Both the position numbers and the translations under genes were made by a program. A stretch of 64,000 nt of DNA from Candidatus Pacearchaeota archaeon (GTDB taxonomy: Archaea > Nanobdellota > Nanobdellia > Pacearchaeales > GW2011-AR1). Location: the NCBI GenBank assembly GCA_018303825.1, contig JAGVXK010000018.1:1-64000 (forward strand). The letters run 5' to 3'. Below are positions 1-9,430 of this stretch, piece by piece; within the stretch, counting starts at the first letter, position 1; each line of letters opens with the position of its first letter. Under the pieces are notes generated by a model. That model worked only from the letters and a program-made list of their open reading frames with translations, searched no databases and was not told the origin of the DNA.

Positions 1-54
1 GAACAAGTATTTACATATATAGAAAATCAATCGTTGCACCACGCGACGCAATAA
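1..54 (+). CDS. tnpA: C-terminal fragment of IS200/IS605-family Y1 (HUH) transposase, partial at window edge
   Basis: Frame +1 reads EQVFTYIENQSLHHATQ*; YIENQ..HH is the catalytic-Tyr helix typical of the IS200 TnpA C-terminus; followed at once by an IS200-type end hairpin. Confidence 0.75.
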   Translation, partial: EQVFTYIENQSLHHATQ

Positions 55-67
55 GACTAACTGGACG

Positions 68-97
68 CCTAGCCCTTTAGGGCTAGGAGGATGTCAC
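68..97 (+). mobile_element. IS200/IS605-type right end (subterminal hairpin plus TCAC end)
   Basis: CCTAGCCC-TTTA-GGGCTAGG perfect hairpin (68-87) then AGGATGTCAC, 13 nt after the tnpA stop. Confidence 0.7.
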
Positions 98-105
98 ATC
101 TAACA

Positions 106-549
106 TCAATCAACTATTATTGATTTCTTTATAGCCAAATTTATCTTAACTATGTTAAATAATAATTCATACTGGCCTTTTTCTTGAAATTTGTATTGAA
201 TTATCTTGTTTATATCTACAGAATATAATCCGGGAGTGTCATAAAAGAGAGAGTTTTCTTTCTTCACTGGCTGAGTGGGATTATCTGAGATTTGCATAAA
301 TTCACTTAATCTAAGAGTTTTTGCTTCTATTATTCCTGCTTCATTACTTAGAGAAACTATTATAGGTATGCTGGCGTCTAACGAATCGCCTTGTTCAATT
401 GTAATTGTCAATTTTCCAGATAAGGGGTCCCCTTGTCTAAATGATTCTTGGTATTCAACTATTACATTTCCTGGTTTGAAATTGATGGTAAAAAGCGTAC
501 CGACTACTATCAATACTAGGATAAGAACTATAAGAATATTGTACCTCAT
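106..549 (-). CDS. Hypothetical membrane-anchored/exported protein
   Basis: 147 aa ORF with N-terminal hydrophobic segment; no recognised family. Confidence 0.65.
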   Translation of the reverse strand: MRYNILIVLILVLIVVGTLFTINFKPGNVIVEYQESFRQGDPLSGKLTITIEQGDSLDASIPIIVSLSNEAGIIEAKTLRLSEFMQISDNPTQPVKKENSLFYDTPGLYSVDINKIIQYKFQEKGQYELLFNIVKINLAIKKSIIVD

Positions 550-647
550 TTTTCCTCAATATTTTAAGTTGTTAAAGGTATTTAAAATATTTGGTGATCT
601 AAACAATACAAGGAAAAGTTTATAATAAGATTCTTGTTAGAGGAGAC

Positions 648-1739
648 ATGGCTAAGGGATTGACTATTGAGGAGAGGTTAGAGTTGATAAAAAAAGTTGC
701 AGATGGTGGGGAGTTAATTGGCGAAGATGAACTTAGAAAGATGCTTGAAAGCGGGAAAGAGATAATAGCATATGATGGGTTTGAACCATCTGGATTGGCG
801 CATATTCCCTTTGGTTTGTTAAGGGCAGAGAATTTAAAAGTTATGTTAAAAGCAGGCATTAGGTTTAAGTTGTATCTGGCTGATTATTTTGCTTTTATTA
901 ATAACAAGCTCGGGGGAGATCTAGAGAGAATAAAGAAAGCGGGGCAATATTTCATAGAAGTTTGGAAGGCTTGCGGTGTTGATACAAAGAAAGTTGAAAT
1001 AATTTGGGCTTCAGACAAAATGAATTCCTTAAAGTATTGGGATAGAGTTTTGAAAATTGCTAAAGAAACGACAATAAATAGGAGTATGAGGGCAACAACA
1101 ATTATGGGTAGAAAAGAATCAGATTTGCAATCAACAGCGCAATTATTTTATCCTAGTATGCAGGTTTCGGATATTTTTGAGCTTAATGTCGATATCTGCC
1201 AGTTAGGGTATGATCAAAGAAGGGCTAATATTTTAAGTAGAGAGATTGCAGAAAAACTTAAATGGAAAAAACCAGTAATTGTTTCACATCACATGATTCT
1301 TGGATTGCAGGGAATACAACCCGGAGCAGATAAAGAAGAAATAATTATGGCGAGCAAGATGAGCAAAAGCAAGCCAGAAACTTGTATATATATGCATGAT
1401 ACGGAAGAGGAAATAAAGAGAAAGATAAACAAAGCATATTGTCCAGAAAAAGTTGTTGAAGGCAATCCGCTTCTAGATTATACGAAATATCTTATATTTA
1501 AGAGGTATAATTTGGTTGAGATAAAAAAGGATAAAAAGTTTGGTGGCAATTTAGAGTATTCAAATTACGAAGATTTGGAAAAGGATTTTGTTGATAAGAA
1601 ATTACATCCATTGGATCTTAAAAATGCGGTTGCTTTTTATTTGAATGAAATGATTGCTCCAGTAAGAGAATATTTTGAAAAAAATAAGAAAGCCAAAGTA
1701 TTATATGAAGAAGTGAAGAAGTATTCTATAACTCGCTAG
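648..1739 (+). CDS. tyrS: Tyrosyl-tRNA synthetase (archaeal type)
   Basis: AYDGFEPSG..HI (HIGH-like), YPSMQVSDIF, DQRRAN, KMSKS motifs. Confidence 0.95.
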   Translation: MAKGLTIEERLELIKKVADGGELIGEDELRKMLESGKEIIAYDGFEPSGLAHIPFGLLRAENLKVMLKAGIRFKLYLADYFAFINNKLGGDLERIKKAGQYFIEVWKACGVDTKKVEIIWASDKMNSLKYWDRVLKIAKETTINRSMRATTIMGRKESDLQSTAQLFYPSMQVSDIFELNVDICQLGYDQRRANILSREIAEKLKWKKPVIVSHHMILGLQGIQPGADKEEIIMASKMSKSKPETCIYMHDTEEEIKRKINKAYCPEKVVEGNPLLDYTKYLIFKRYNLVEIKKDKKFGGNLEYSNYEDLEKDFVDKKLHPLDLKNAVAFYLNEMIAPVREYFEKNKKAKVLYEEVKKYSITR

Positions 1740-1993
1740 TCTTGGTTCATCTTGAAAATCATGTTTATTTCAAGAGAAAGGTCTGGGCGGATCTGTTTTA
1801 GAGCAGAGGTTAAGGGTTTTCTTGGGACGAAATTGACAAGGGTTTCTACCTTATCCTCATTTAATAAAATATCGTCATGGCAAAGAAATTTTATATGTGA
1901 TTCTAGGCTATGGAAAAGGGAAACAATTTGCTCTTTAGATAATTCTACCATTATCAATCCAAGAATGTCATCCCTTCTGTCCCTTCTTGCCAT
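1736..1993 (-). CDS. Small hypothetical protein (true start may be the internal MVELSKE)
   Basis: Fills the gap between the GTPase and tyrS, codirectional with the GTPase; no motif. Confidence 0.45.
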   Translation of the reverse strand: MARRDRRDDILGLIMVELSKEQIVSLFHSLESHIKFLCHDDILLNEDKVETLVNFVPRKPLTSALKQIRPDLSLEINMIFKMNQD

Positions 1994-2000
1994 TTTATAT

Positions 2001-2912
2001 TTATTTTATATGAAACTCTACGATATCTAAGTCTTTAAGCTTATGGTCTAGGCCTGTTTTCTGGTTAGGAAATCTGCTTGACGGACCCGTGACACGAGAT
2101 TCTTTTACTAATAATGAGAAGCCTTTTCTTATTGACTCTGCAATATCTTTTACTGTTGAGTCAGTTGGAAGAATAACAGGATCTTTCGTTGGGGGCTTTC
2201 CAGGCTCTTTTGTATAAACGCGGATAACATCCATTTGCTTTATTATCGATTCTTTCAGCAGTTCTATGTTTTCATTGGATAAGCAAGAGATAACGATGGC
2301 ACTTAATTTTTTTGATTTAATTGTTTCATTTAATTTTCTTAGCTGCTCTTGGTTTAATAAGTCTGATTTATTCAGGGCTATTAATTTTTTTCCATTTGCT
2401 TTCGATAAAAAAGGATTTATTTTTTCTAAGTCTGATAGAGATTCTATCACTATCAATACAAGGTTTGCTGTGTTGATAATTCCCACGTCAAAGAAATCGC
2501 TTCCTATTGAAGGGAGGTCAACTATTTGTGCTTTTATCCCTTGATGGTTTAAAGTGCCTATTGTTGGCTTGGTTGTATTAAATGGATTTGATGCGATTAA
2601 TGGTTTTGCATTTGTTAATTTTGATAAAAGAGAAGATTTTCCTGAATTTGGAAGACCTAGAAGAGCTATCTGGAATCCTTCTTTCTTTATTCCCTTTTTT
2701 CCAGAAGATTTTCTTGATTTTTCCTGCTTTTCGTGCCTTTCCCTTAATCTTATAAGTCTTTTTTTTAGTTCAGCAACGAATTTCTCGCTTGATTTGTGCT
2801 TGGGCGCAGCCCTTATCATTTCTTCAAGATATAATATCTTTTCTTCCATTGTTTTGGCATTAAGATATCTTTTTTCAGCTACAAAATACTCTGGTCCTGC
2901 GTTTACTGTCAT
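2001..2912 (-). CDS. DRG/OBG-family GTPase with C-terminal TGS domain
   Basis: DRG-like N-terminus (APKHKSSEK), GLPNSGKSS, DLPS, NKSD motifs, TGS-like tail (L.DLDIVEFH). Confidence 0.9.
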   Translation of the reverse strand: MTVNAGPEYFVAEKRYLNAKTMEEKILYLEEMIRAAPKHKSSEKFVAELKKRLIRLRERHEKQEKSRKSSGKKGIKKEGFQIALLGLPNSGKSSLLSKLTNAKPLIASNPFNTTKPTIGTLNHQGIKAQIVDLPSIGSDFFDVGIINTANLVLIVIESLSDLEKINPFLSKANGKKLIALNKSDLLNQEQLRKLNETIKSKKLSAIVISCLSNENIELLKESIIKQMDVIRVYTKEPGKPPTKDPVILPTDSTVKDIAESIRKGFSLLVKESRVTGPSSRFPNQKTGLDHKLKDLDIVEFHIK

Positions 2913-2938
2913 GATATTCTTTCGGAATATAGATTAAT

Positions 2939-3066
2939 AAGGTTTATTATAAGGCTTAAAAAACCTTTGGGAAGTAAAGGTTGCTGTCGCAAAGAAGAAT
3001 TATAAGATTTTCAAAGACTTATGAAAGTAAGGTTGCGAATCTTTAGCGTTCACAAGGTTTATTAAT
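2939..3066 (+). repeat. Two degenerate ~55-bp intergenic units ending at a BRE/TATA-like AAGGTTTATTAA
   Basis: Units share ATAAG..TT...AAA..CTT..G(G/A)AAGTAA(A)GGTTGC; similar units at 26874-27005, 9839-9886 and loosely 30960-31110. Confidence 0.55.
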
Positions 3067-3086
3067 CGCTTTAATCATTTTGAAAT

Positions 3087-4283
3087 ATGAATTTTGTTAG
3101 AAGAAAATTAAAAAATGGGATGATTATTATTATGGAAAAAAGAGAGTTGCCTATTGTAGTGGTGGGGGTGGCAAATAGATTTGGAGCAATATGCGAAAGC
3201 GAAAAAATAAAAGGCGTGGCACATGTTTTGGAACATTTATTATTTACTGGAACAAAAACAAGAACCAGTGAGGAAATATCCAGAGAGATAGAAAAGAAAG
3301 GGGGAATGTTGAATGCATTCACTTCTAATGAAATGACCTGTTTTTGGTTTAAACTTCCTAGCGAACATGTTTTTTCAGGATTGGATATTTTATCAGACAT
3401 GTTGATCAATCCAAAGTTTGACAAGGAGAAATTTGAAAAAGAAAAAAAAGTTATTCTTGAAGAAATAAAGATGTATCATGATGATCCTGCGAGACACGTT
3501 TTTGATAAAATAGAGTCTAATTTATATGAGAAGCCATTTGGAGGCAATGTAATAGGAAATAAAAAATCTGTTTCCGGTTTGGAGAGGGATTTTACAGTTT
3601 CTTTTTTTGAGGAAAATTATAATCCTAAAAATTATATCATTTCTGTGGTTGGAAATGCGGATTTTGATAAGATATGCAATTATTTTGAAAATAAGTTTAA
3701 AGCTGGAAGAGGAAAGCCAAAACCAATAATCCCCGTAAAGCAAAATAAAGAAACTATGGAGGAAAGAGAGGGTCTAGACCAGGCGCATTTTGTTTTTGGG
3801 GCCCATGCGCCGTTAATGAACGATGAGGATTACTATGCTCTTGAACTTTTGGACGCGTATTTAACATACGGTATGAGTTCAAAGCTGTTTATGGAAATAA
3901 GGGAGAAGAGGGGGCTGGCTTATGCAGTAAAGGGAATAATACAGGCAGAAAAAAGTTATTCCTATTATTGCATATATGTTGGAACTAGGAAAGACGCAAT
4001 TGATGAAGTTAAAAGGATTATATTGGAAGAAATAGGAAAAGTCAAGGATTTGAAAGAAAAAAATTTGAATGAGGCAAAAGAAACTTTAATTGGGTTAAGG
4101 AAAATAACAAAAGAGGAGAGCAGCAATGTTATGAATTCTCTTCTTTCAGAAGAACTTGCCGATAAGGCAGAGAATTATTATCAACATGAAAAAAATATAA
4201 AGAAAGTTAAGTTATCTCAGGTAAAAAGAGTTGCTGAAAATATGTTAAAGAAATACAGTATATCGGCTATTGTTCCGAAATAA
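3087..4283 (+). CDS. M16 (pitrilysin-like) zinc peptidase
   Basis: Inverted HXXEH motif (HVLEH), NAFTS, EK.VILEEI, IREKRGLAY. Confidence 0.92.
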   Translation: MNFVRRKLKNGMIIIMEKRELPIVVVGVANRFGAICESEKIKGVAHVLEHLLFTGTKTRTSEEISREIEKKGGMLNAFTSNEMTCFWFKLPSEHVFSGLDILSDMLINPKFDKEKFEKEKKVILEEIKMYHDDPARHVFDKIESNLYEKPFGGNVIGNKKSVSGLERDFTVSFFEENYNPKNYIISVVGNADFDKICNYFENKFKAGRGKPKPIIPVKQNKETMEEREGLDQAHFVFGAHAPLMNDEDYYALELLDAYLTYGMSSKLFMEIREKRGLAYAVKGIIQAEKSYSYYCIYVGTRKDAIDEVKRIILEEIGKVKDLKEKNLNEAKETLIGLRKITKEESSNVMNSLLSEELADKAENYYQHEKNIKKVKLSQVKRVAENMLKKYSISAIVPK

Positions 4284-4376
4284 TCAGGTTTTTATAAAAA
4301 TGAGAGGATAATTTATAGACAGGCAAAATGAATAAAGCATCTAAAATTATTAATATTGATTATGCTTATTGGTATT

Positions 4377-4949
4377 ATGGATAATATAGATAAAGAAAAC
4401 AATGATAAATGGAGAACATTCATATGCATTGATTTTCCACAAAAAGTATTGGCAGAAGTAACTAGGGTGCAGGAGGAAGTTGGGAAAATAAAATTTCAGG
4501 GTAAATTGACTGAAGTTGAAAACTTGCATTTAACTCTCAAATTTTTAGGGGAAATTGAAGAGCAGAAAGTGAATGAGGTGAGAAAAAAACTAAAAGATGT
4601 TAAATTTAAGGAAATGGAATTGAGATTGGGTGAGGCAGGATTGTTCAGCTTTCATGGAAATCCAAGAATTGTGTGGATTAAGGTTGAAGGAGGGAAGATA
4701 TGGGAATTGCAAAAAGAGATAGATAATAAGATGAATGATCTTGGATTCAAAAAAGAGGAAAGGTTCATGAGCCATTTGACTATTGCAAGGATAAAATATG
4801 TGAAAAACAAAGAAGAATTTACAGGAAAAATACCCAAAATAGGAGTAAAAGGGATAAAGTTTAAATTAGGCAAGTTTAAGCTGATGAAATCAGAGCTAAA
4901 ACCAATTGGACCGGTGTATACTATAATAGAAGAATATCTTTCCAATTAA
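4377..4949 (+). CDS. thpR: RNA 2',3'-cyclic phosphodiesterase (2H/LigT family)
   Basis: RTFICID, two HxT motifs (HLTL, HLTI), G.VY..I..Y.L tail; ATG 4377 chosen as start. Confidence 0.9.
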   Translation: MDNIDKENNDKWRTFICIDFPQKVLAEVTRVQEEVGKIKFQGKLTEVENLHLTLKFLGEIEEQKVNEVRKKLKDVKFKEMELRLGEAGLFSFHGNPRIVWIKVEGGKIWELQKEIDNKMNDLGFKKEERFMSHLTIARIKYVKNKEEFTGKIPKIGVKGIKFKLGKFKLMKSELKPIGPVYTIIEEYLSN

Positions 4950-5062
4950 TAGGAGTAGTAAATATAGATTATGAAGCAAATTAAGGTTTTTATTTTTATT
5001 GGTTTGTAAAGTATGCTTTAAGATGCAGACTTTTATTTAAACCTAAGAAAGGTTTAATAATT

Positions 5063-5338
5063 TTGATGGATGACAACAAACTTGCTAGGCTTAAACAGAT
5101 TGTTGCGGATTCTATTGATTTTTATGTTTTTGAATATTCTGACAAAAAAAGAATTAGTGCAGAAGATAAACTTCCAGACGGAATAGCTTTTATTTCTAAA
5201 GATAATATTGAATTAAATGTAGCCAAGGATTTTGCACAAGCCCATATTTTTAGAATTGGAAAGAAGATTAATTTCTACTTTGGAAGAGAAAATCAGAAGA
5301 AATACTGGGTTGTAGATGTGGATGGATTTAGACCTTAA
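5063..5338 (+). CDS. Hypothetical protein
   Basis: 91 aa ORF preceded by a BRE/TATA-like GAAAGGTTTAATAA; no family recognised. Confidence 0.6.
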   Translation: MMDDNKLARLKQIVADSIDFYVFEYSDKKRISAEDKLPDGIAFISKDNIELNVAKDFAQAHIFRIGKKINFYFGRENQKKYWVVDVDGFRP

Positions 5339-6246
5339 GTCAAAACAAAGCCTTTTTGCTGGTCTTTGCTTAAAATTTGATCGTTATGGACTATTACCCC
5401 TTTTTTGTCTACGATATCCATTTTGACTATTTTCTTCTGGAAATCTGTTCCTCTTAGTTTCAAAACTTCTATGGCCGAGCCTCTTTTTCCATCATTATAT
5501 ATTACATTGTAAAGAACTATGATTCCATCAGAAAGGAATGAGACTGCTTCTCCTTCTTCTTTATAGCTTGAACCTAAATGTGTTGGGGTGGAAACCTCCC
5601 TAATTAAGAAATTTGTAATCTTATTTTTCTCTAAGTATCTGAATAATTGCTCCATGTAAATTCTAAATCTTGACTCGTGGCCTGAGAAAGCAGAGGCGAT
5701 AGAAGTGAGGGAGTCTATTACGACGAAGTCTGGCTTGAAGTCTTCTGGGAATAATACAGGGTCTACCTCAATAAGGAGTTCTTTCTTTGCTTCTGAAAGA
5801 AGGGCTTCAACGCTTCTTGAAACATCTATTGTATTGAATCTTTGAATTCTAAGAAGACCGCTGCCGATATAGTCCTTGACTTTCCAATTAAAGTGGGACA
5901 TGTGGTCCATAAGTCTTTCTTCCGGCTCTTCGAAAGACATGTATAAGCACTTCTTGCCCTGCTTGCATAACCCGTTAACTGCTGCAAGGCAGAATACTGT
6001 TTTTCCAGAACCGGCACCACCTTCAACAAGAATGGACATTCCCATAGGGATGCCATATTCTTTGTCAAATAACTTGTCAAATCCTTCTATTCCAGTATGC
6101 AAGAATTCGTCTATTCTTGTATCACCGTTGTGTTTTCTTATCTTATATTTTAATGGGATAACTTTCTTACCAGTAAACTTGCTTTTTATAAGAGATGCAT
6201 GTTTTATACCCTCATCCGATTTTGCTTTTTTGGCGCCCTCTTTCAT
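5335..6246 (-). CDS. KaiC/RAD55-like RecA-superfamily ATPase
   Basis: TGIEGFDKL, Walker A GGAGSGKT, SFEE, Walker B VVIDSL, DGIIVL, IEVLKLRGT. Confidence 0.88.
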   Translation of the reverse strand: MKEGAKKAKSDEGIKHASLIKSKFTGKKVIPLKYKIRKHNGDTRIDEFLHTGIEGFDKLFDKEYGIPMGMSILVEGGAGSGKTVFCLAAVNGLCKQGKKCLYMSFEEPEERLMDHMSHFNWKVKDYIGSGLLRIQRFNTIDVSRSVEALLSEAKKELLIEVDPVLFPEDFKPDFVVIDSLTSIASAFSGHESRFRIYMEQLFRYLEKNKITNFLIREVSTPTHLGSSYKEEGEAVSFLSDGIIVLYNVIYNDGKRGSAIEVLKLRGTDFQKKIVKMDIVDKKGVIVHNDQILSKDQQKGFVLT

Positions 6247-6269
6247 AGTCTTATTTAGATTTTTAGTAT

Positions 6270-6941
6270 TTAAATATTCTCCCCTATAAGTGTTTTGAAT
6301 TCACTTGTTTTCTTACCAAGAATGTTGTTTAGCTCTTTTTCTGTCGCATTCACTATGTTTTTTATTGATTTGAATTTTTTTATCAATGCTTTGGCTTTTA
6401 TCGGACCTACTCCTGGGAAGCCCTCTAAAATAAATTGAATTTGGTCCCTTTTTGACTTGAATGTTTGGGATTCCCGCAAGGAAGATTCTTTATTCTTTGT
6501 TTGTTTGGCTAAAACAAGGAGGTATTTAGCCGTATCCTGCTCATTTTTTGTGAATATAATTGGAATTTGATATTCTAATGCTATTGAAAGCAAGAAACCA
6601 CGAAATGCATTTTCATGGATAAATACCGGAGAATACTCTATATCTCCTTCTACTATCAATAGGTTTTGCCTGTATTGCTTTAGATCTTTTAATTGTGAGA
6701 AAATGCGCTTATTTATTATTGAGCTTTGCAAATCATTTATTGTCTTCCTTTCAACTGCAACGTCATTAACAAGGTAGTCTGCTATCTGAAGTTGTTTTAA
6801 CTCTATTTCAGTTCCTAGGTTAATTAGTTCTGAAATTACTAGAGAATTCTTTTCTCGATTATCTATGATTATCTTTGCTTTTTTATTTTCTTCGCTGTTC
6901 TTTTTTTCTTGTTTTTTCGAGAAGATATTGAAGAAGGTCAT
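6270..6941 (-). CDS. ERCC4/XPF nuclease with HhH domain (nuclease half of Hef)
   Basis: IIIDNRE, ADYLV, ERKTINDL..S, and GFPGVGP HhH. Confidence 0.9.
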   Translation of the reverse strand: MTFFNIFSKKQEKKNSEENKKAKIIIDNREKNSLVISELINLGTEIELKQLQIADYLVNDVAVERKTINDLQSSIINKRIFSQLKDLKQYRQNLLIVEGDIEYSPVFIHENAFRGFLLSIALEYQIPIIFTKNEQDTAKYLLVLAKQTKNKESSLRESQTFKSKRDQIQFILEGFPGVGPIKAKALIKKFKSIKNIVNATEKELNNILGKKTSEFKTLIGENI

Positions 6942-6942
6942 T

Positions 6943-8496
6943 TTATTTGAATTTATCCAAAGTGGGATTTTTGGATTTTAATTTGAGATTTTTCCTTACC
7001 TCTTCTATAGTTTTATACATCTTTTTTTCTCTTGCATTTGAAGCATAATGATGTATTTCATCTCTGCTGTCTTGAGTTACTAGAATAATCAGTTTTCCCG
7101 GCATTAATCTCGCAGTACGTCCGGCACGCTGGATTTTTCTGATAGCACTTGGAATTGGCTCATAGAATATAACGGCGGAAACTTCCGGGATATCAAGACC
7201 CTCTTCCCCAATTGATGTAGCTACAAGGACATTTAGCTCGTCATTTTTGAATTTATCTATAATTGCTTTTTGTTCTTTTTGATTTAAGCCTGTTGATATT
7301 CCCCTGCTTAGTTTCTTGGCTTGACCTATAAAGATGGAGGATTTAATTTTTGGATTTTGGTTCAGAAGATTAGAAATAGTTTGTCCGGTTTCCCTGAAAT
7401 GGGCGAAGACAATTATCTTAGAGTTTTCATTATCCTTGAATTCTTGTTCTACTAACTCTTTTAACTTGCTTAACTTTGGGTGTTCTATTTTGTTGGCTAA
7501 AAGATGCTGCAGCGAGATTCTTGCTGCGTTAAATTCTGGAAGAGAAACCAGGGTTTGAACAGCTCTGCTCTTCTTTTCATTTGAGTCTTGAATCATTTTG
7601 TTTAAATAATCATTTAATCCTGAAAGGGTTTGTGTTTCTAAAAGTTCTTGGGCATGTGAAATTTTAATTGCCTGAGCGCAAAGAGAAAGGCCGTGCATTG
7701 CTTGCCAGTTTTTTTGTGAGACCTGCATTCCCAGCCTGGTTTGAAGTTTAAGAAGGGCGATTTTATTTGCCGGACCGAAAAGGATGTTTTTCGTTCTTAA
7801 TATCTCTACTCTTGAATCAAAGATTCTTTTTAATAGAATGCGGATTTCCTGAAATTCAGGAGGAAAAGGAACATCTATTTTATCGAATTCACGCTCTTTA
7901 AGATATGGCTTTACATCTTCAGAATCCCTTGTTCTTAGTTCTATTTCGTTGATATTGAGGTGTTTGCAGATTTCTTCTACCTTCTTAGGGTCGTGACCCG
8001 GAGAAGCTGTAAGACCAAGAATTAATGGATGATGCGATTGTTCTTTGTAATTTTTGACAGCTTTTGTGTAATCATAATTTTTCAAGCAACGATGGGCTTC
8101 ATCTATTATTAATAATGAGACTTCTTTCAAGTCATAAAGGTGATTATCTAGGTCGTTAGCAATACATTGGGGAGTTGAAAAGACAATTTCAGCTGTTTGA
8201 AAGAGTTTTTTTCTTTTTTCAGCAGGAACAGTTCCTGTGAAGAGGTCTAGCTGAGCATATAATTCTGGAAGTTGAGCTTTGTATGTTTCAAAGTGCTGTT
8301 CTACAAGGGGCTTGGTTGGGGCTAGGAAAAGGACCTTGCTTGTGGGATATTTTTTTATTCTTTCTATTGATAAAAGCAAGGCAATGAGGGTTTTTCCCAA
8401 TCCTGTGGGAAGAACAACAAGGGTATTGCTATTTTTTGCGGTTTCAAGAATAGCTTTTTGATAGTCTCTAGGATTTAAGTTTATTATATTAGGCAT
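6943..8496 (-). CDS. hef: Hef/FANCM/Mph1-type SF2 helicase (helicase half)
   Basis: PRDYQ, LPTGLGKT, DEAH, LTASPG, VATSIGEEGLDIP, IQRAGRTAR. Confidence 0.92.
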   Translation of the reverse strand: MPNIINLNPRDYQKAILETAKNSNTLVVLPTGLGKTLIALLLSIERIKKYPTSKVLFLAPTKPLVEQHFETYKAQLPELYAQLDLFTGTVPAEKRKKLFQTAEIVFSTPQCIANDLDNHLYDLKEVSLLIIDEAHRCLKNYDYTKAVKNYKEQSHHPLILGLTASPGHDPKKVEEICKHLNINEIELRTRDSEDVKPYLKEREFDKIDVPFPPEFQEIRILLKRIFDSRVEILRTKNILFGPANKIALLKLQTRLGMQVSQKNWQAMHGLSLCAQAIKISHAQELLETQTLSGLNDYLNKMIQDSNEKKSRAVQTLVSLPEFNAARISLQHLLANKIEHPKLSKLKELVEQEFKDNENSKIIVFAHFRETGQTISNLLNQNPKIKSSIFIGQAKKLSRGISTGLNQKEQKAIIDKFKNDELNVLVATSIGEEGLDIPEVSAVIFYEPIPSAIRKIQRAGRTARLMPGKLIILVTQDSRDEIHHYASNAREKKMYKTIEEVRKNLKLKSKNPTLDKFK

Positions 8497-8647
8497 TAAT
8501 TGTACTAATTTTTCGCATTTATAATAATTGTTGATTATTTATCAATGACATAATTACCTTTGAATACTTATTAATTTGCGCATTAACAATAGAATTAATT
8601 ATTGTCTATCAAATGTTTGGCTATTTTGGTTGTTGGTTAATACATGC

Positions 8648-9286
8648 TTAGGGAAGAACGAGGGCATAAACTGTGAAAATCAAAGTTATAATTCCAAGCG
8701 CGGAATAAAGAATTTTAGAACCGAAAAATATTTGTGTGCCATCAAGCTTTGAAATGGGAAGCATATTCCAGAAGGCATAGTATGCAGAGAATCTCCATAA
8801 AACATCGTCTGGGGAGATAAAGTATGTTACCAATGATAATAATAACAGCGCAACTATTCCTGAAGCACCTATTAATCCATTATGCCAGTCTGTCATTTCT
8901 GTAAAAGAATAAAATCCGAATCTTTTTGCTGCCCTGATTTTTCTTGCTCTTGTTTCGTAGGTTAAAAGAGACATGAATTTTACGAATCCTAGGGAGAATA
9001 AGCTTAAAATTACTGAAAGTATAATCCCTAAAGGAATTTCCGTTTTAAAATGTTGGTGTGGTTTTAATCCATATCTAGACCACTTCCAAGTTTCATGCTC
9101 TATGTCTGCATCCAGAGAAAAAGCAATAATCTTTTTGGCAAGAATATTTATTCCAATTATTAATAGGGCGAAAAAAAGGAACTTTGGAAAAAGTGCAAGA
9201 TTTATTTTTAATGGATAAACAAGAGAGATAATTAGTCCAAGAATTATTATCGCGGCGATAACATCTCTAACCTCTTTATATTCCAT
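8648..9286 (-). CDS. Multi-pass membrane protein, M50/site-2-protease-like, apparently lacking HEXXH
   Basis: Retains NMLPISKLDG (NxxPxxxLDG-like) but has NILAKK where HExxH is expected. Confidence 0.6.
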   Translation of the reverse strand: MEYKEVRDVIAAIIILGLIISLVYPLKINLALFPKFLFFALLIIGINILAKKIIAFSLDADIEHETWKWSRYGLKPHQHFKTEIPLGIILSVILSLFSLGFVKFMSLLTYETRARKIRAAKRFGFYSFTEMTDWHNGLIGASGIVALLLLSLVTYFISPDDVLWRFSAYYAFWNMLPISKLDGTQIFFGSKILYSALGIITLIFTVYALVLP

Positions 9287-9430
9287 GATAATTTATGGAA
9301 AAGGCTTTATATAAATATTATTCTTCGGTGGAATATAGCTAAAATGTGCCTTTTTGCGATAGACCTCAATATATTATTATATATTTTCAAAAAACATAAA
9401 GTATAAAAAGGGGACATTATAGAAAAATGT

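Noticed and set aside
1-105. TnpB/omega-RNA system
   Set aside because: The hairpin follows the tnpA stop directly and no RuvC-type ORF is in the window.
6939-6945. Programmed frameshift joining the two Hef halves
   Set aside because: Clean stop followed by a new ATG and no convincing slippery site; two genes is the simpler reading.
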